From positions 256,001 through 320,000 of the forward strand of contig CAWFKQ010000005.1 in the NCBI GenBank assembly GCA_963816395.1: DNA of 64,000 nucleotides, read 5' to 3'. Both the position numbers and the translations under genes were made by a program. Positions 63,021-64,000 of the stretch are shown piece after piece. A model generated the notes under the pieces. That model searched no databases and had not been told where the DNA came from. It was given only the letters and a program-made list of their open reading frames with translations. Source of the stretch: an uncultured delta proteobacterium. Its GTDB lineage: Bacteria; Desulfobacterota; Desulfuromonadia; Desulfuromonadales; JACZKF01. Within the stretch, counting starts at the first letter, position 1. Every line of letters starts with the position of its first letter.

Positions 63021-63827
63021 CTAAAAAGATCCCTTTACAATGAAGTAGGGATTCAGTAGGTTCTCCTTGTTGTACTCCAACGAGGTGCCTTCAGGCGTCT
63101 TCACCGTTCCTCCCGCCGCAAGCACGACTGCTTGGCCGGCAGCGGTATCCCACTCCATGGTTGGTCCTAACCTTGGGTAGAGATCAGCCACCCCCTCAGC
63201 GACGACGCAGAGCTTCAGCGAACTCCCCACCGGCAACGCCTCGGCGACCTTAATGTCTTTAAGATATTCCTCCAACTCGGGCGAAGGATGCGAGCGGCTC
63301 ATGACGACAGTCAGTCCCTTGTCCGCGTCAGGCCTGCGCACGTGGATAGGTTCAAGGTTTTCCCCTTTGGCCTCTTTCCTTGCACCTTGGGCCTTGCACC
63401 TTGGGCCTTCCACCCACGCCCCCTCCCCTGCCACCCCGCAGTAAAGCTTGTCCTGCGCCGGCACGTACACCACCCCCAGCACCGGTACGCCGTCCTCGAT
63501 CAGGGCGATGTTGACGGTAAACTCGCCATTGCGCTTGATGAACTCCTTGGTCCCGTCCAAGGGATCGACCAGCCAGAAGCGGCGCCAATCCTTGCGGACC
63601 GCGTAAGGGATGTTCTTGCCTTCCTCGGAGAGGATGGGAATTTCGGGGAAATGGGTCTTCAGGCCCGCTGCGATTATTTCGTGCGAGGCCTTATCGGCTG
63701 CGGTCAACGGCGATTTGTCATCCTTGAACTCGACGGCATGGTCGCCGTCATATATGGCCATGATGGCTGCGCCGGCTTGGCGGGCAATTTCGCATATCAG
63801 GTTCAAGGTGCAAGGTTCAAGGTTCAA
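63021..63827 (-). CDS. cysQ: 3'(2'),5'-bisphosphate nucleotidase
   Basis: KDDKSPLTAAD, LSEE, WLVDPLDGTKEF, GSSLK, EWDTAAG. Confidence 0.94.
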   Translation of the reverse strand: MNLEPCTLNLICEIARQAGAAIMAIYDGDHAVEFKDDKSPLTAADKASHEIIAAGLKTHFPEIPILSEEGKNIPYAVRKDWRRFWLVDPLDGTKEFIKRNGEFTVNIALIEDGVPVLGVVYVPAQDKLYCGVAGEGAWVEGPRCKAQGARKEAKGENLEPIHVRRPDADKGLTVVMSRSHPSPELEEYLKDIKVAEALPVGSSLKLCVVAEGVADLYPRLGPTMEWDTAAGQAVVLAAGGTVKTPEGTSLEYNKENLLNPYFIVKGSF

Positions 63828-63871
63828 GGTAAAACTCCTGTAGATTCAAATTGAATGGTTCAAGTAAAAAT

Positions 63872-64000
63872 TTATTTAAATTTTCTTCTGGCCTCAATTA
63901 GAGACTTGAGCATGGAGGAAATTTCCTTTGATTCCTGTATCCACTTTATTGCGAAATCCTTTTGTAGATATCCGATTTCCTGTCCAATATAGACTTGTGT
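63872..64000 (-). CDS. Four-helix-bundle protein (23S rRNA IVP-like), 3' part only
   Basis: Manual translation TQVYIGQEIGYLQKDFAIKWIQESKEISSMLKSLIEARRKFK*. Confidence 0.7.
   Translation of the reverse strand, partial: TQVYIGQEIGYLQKDFAIKWIQESKEISSMLKSLIEARRKFK

Overview
GC-rich deltaproteobacterial chromosome segment; gene content and order suggest Desulfuromonadales/Geobacterales (inference). Positions 1-25 kb are mostly housekeeping genes: metY, trmL, hom, nusB, rib genes, nrdR, glyA, rpiB, the fab cluster, plsX, rpmF and mazG. This part also holds a 9-heme PgcA-like lipoprotein cytochrome, an intergenic DnaA-box cluster and a divergent RelA/SpoT-hydrolase/DksA pair. Positions 25-43.3 kb form a dense toxin-antitoxin island with about 13 two-gene modules plus remnants and internal duplications. 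Its module junctions repeatedly carry a same-strand CAAG-N(2-8)-GTCCCC or TGACCCC motif, and no integrase or attC site is recognisable. I propose this as a candidate integron-like cassette array built by a different enzyme; it is the top finding and is inferential. Positions 43.7-50 kb encode a cytochrome c and an OmpB-like multicopper oxidase. Positions 50-64 kb are a mosaic, largely AT-rich Wzx/Wzy polysaccharide locus with GDP-heptose synthesis genes, two sulfotransferases, CysQ and a GH13 enzyme. Many genes show single-base frameshifts, probably sequencing or assembly indels. No rRNA, tRNA or CRISPR array was seen.
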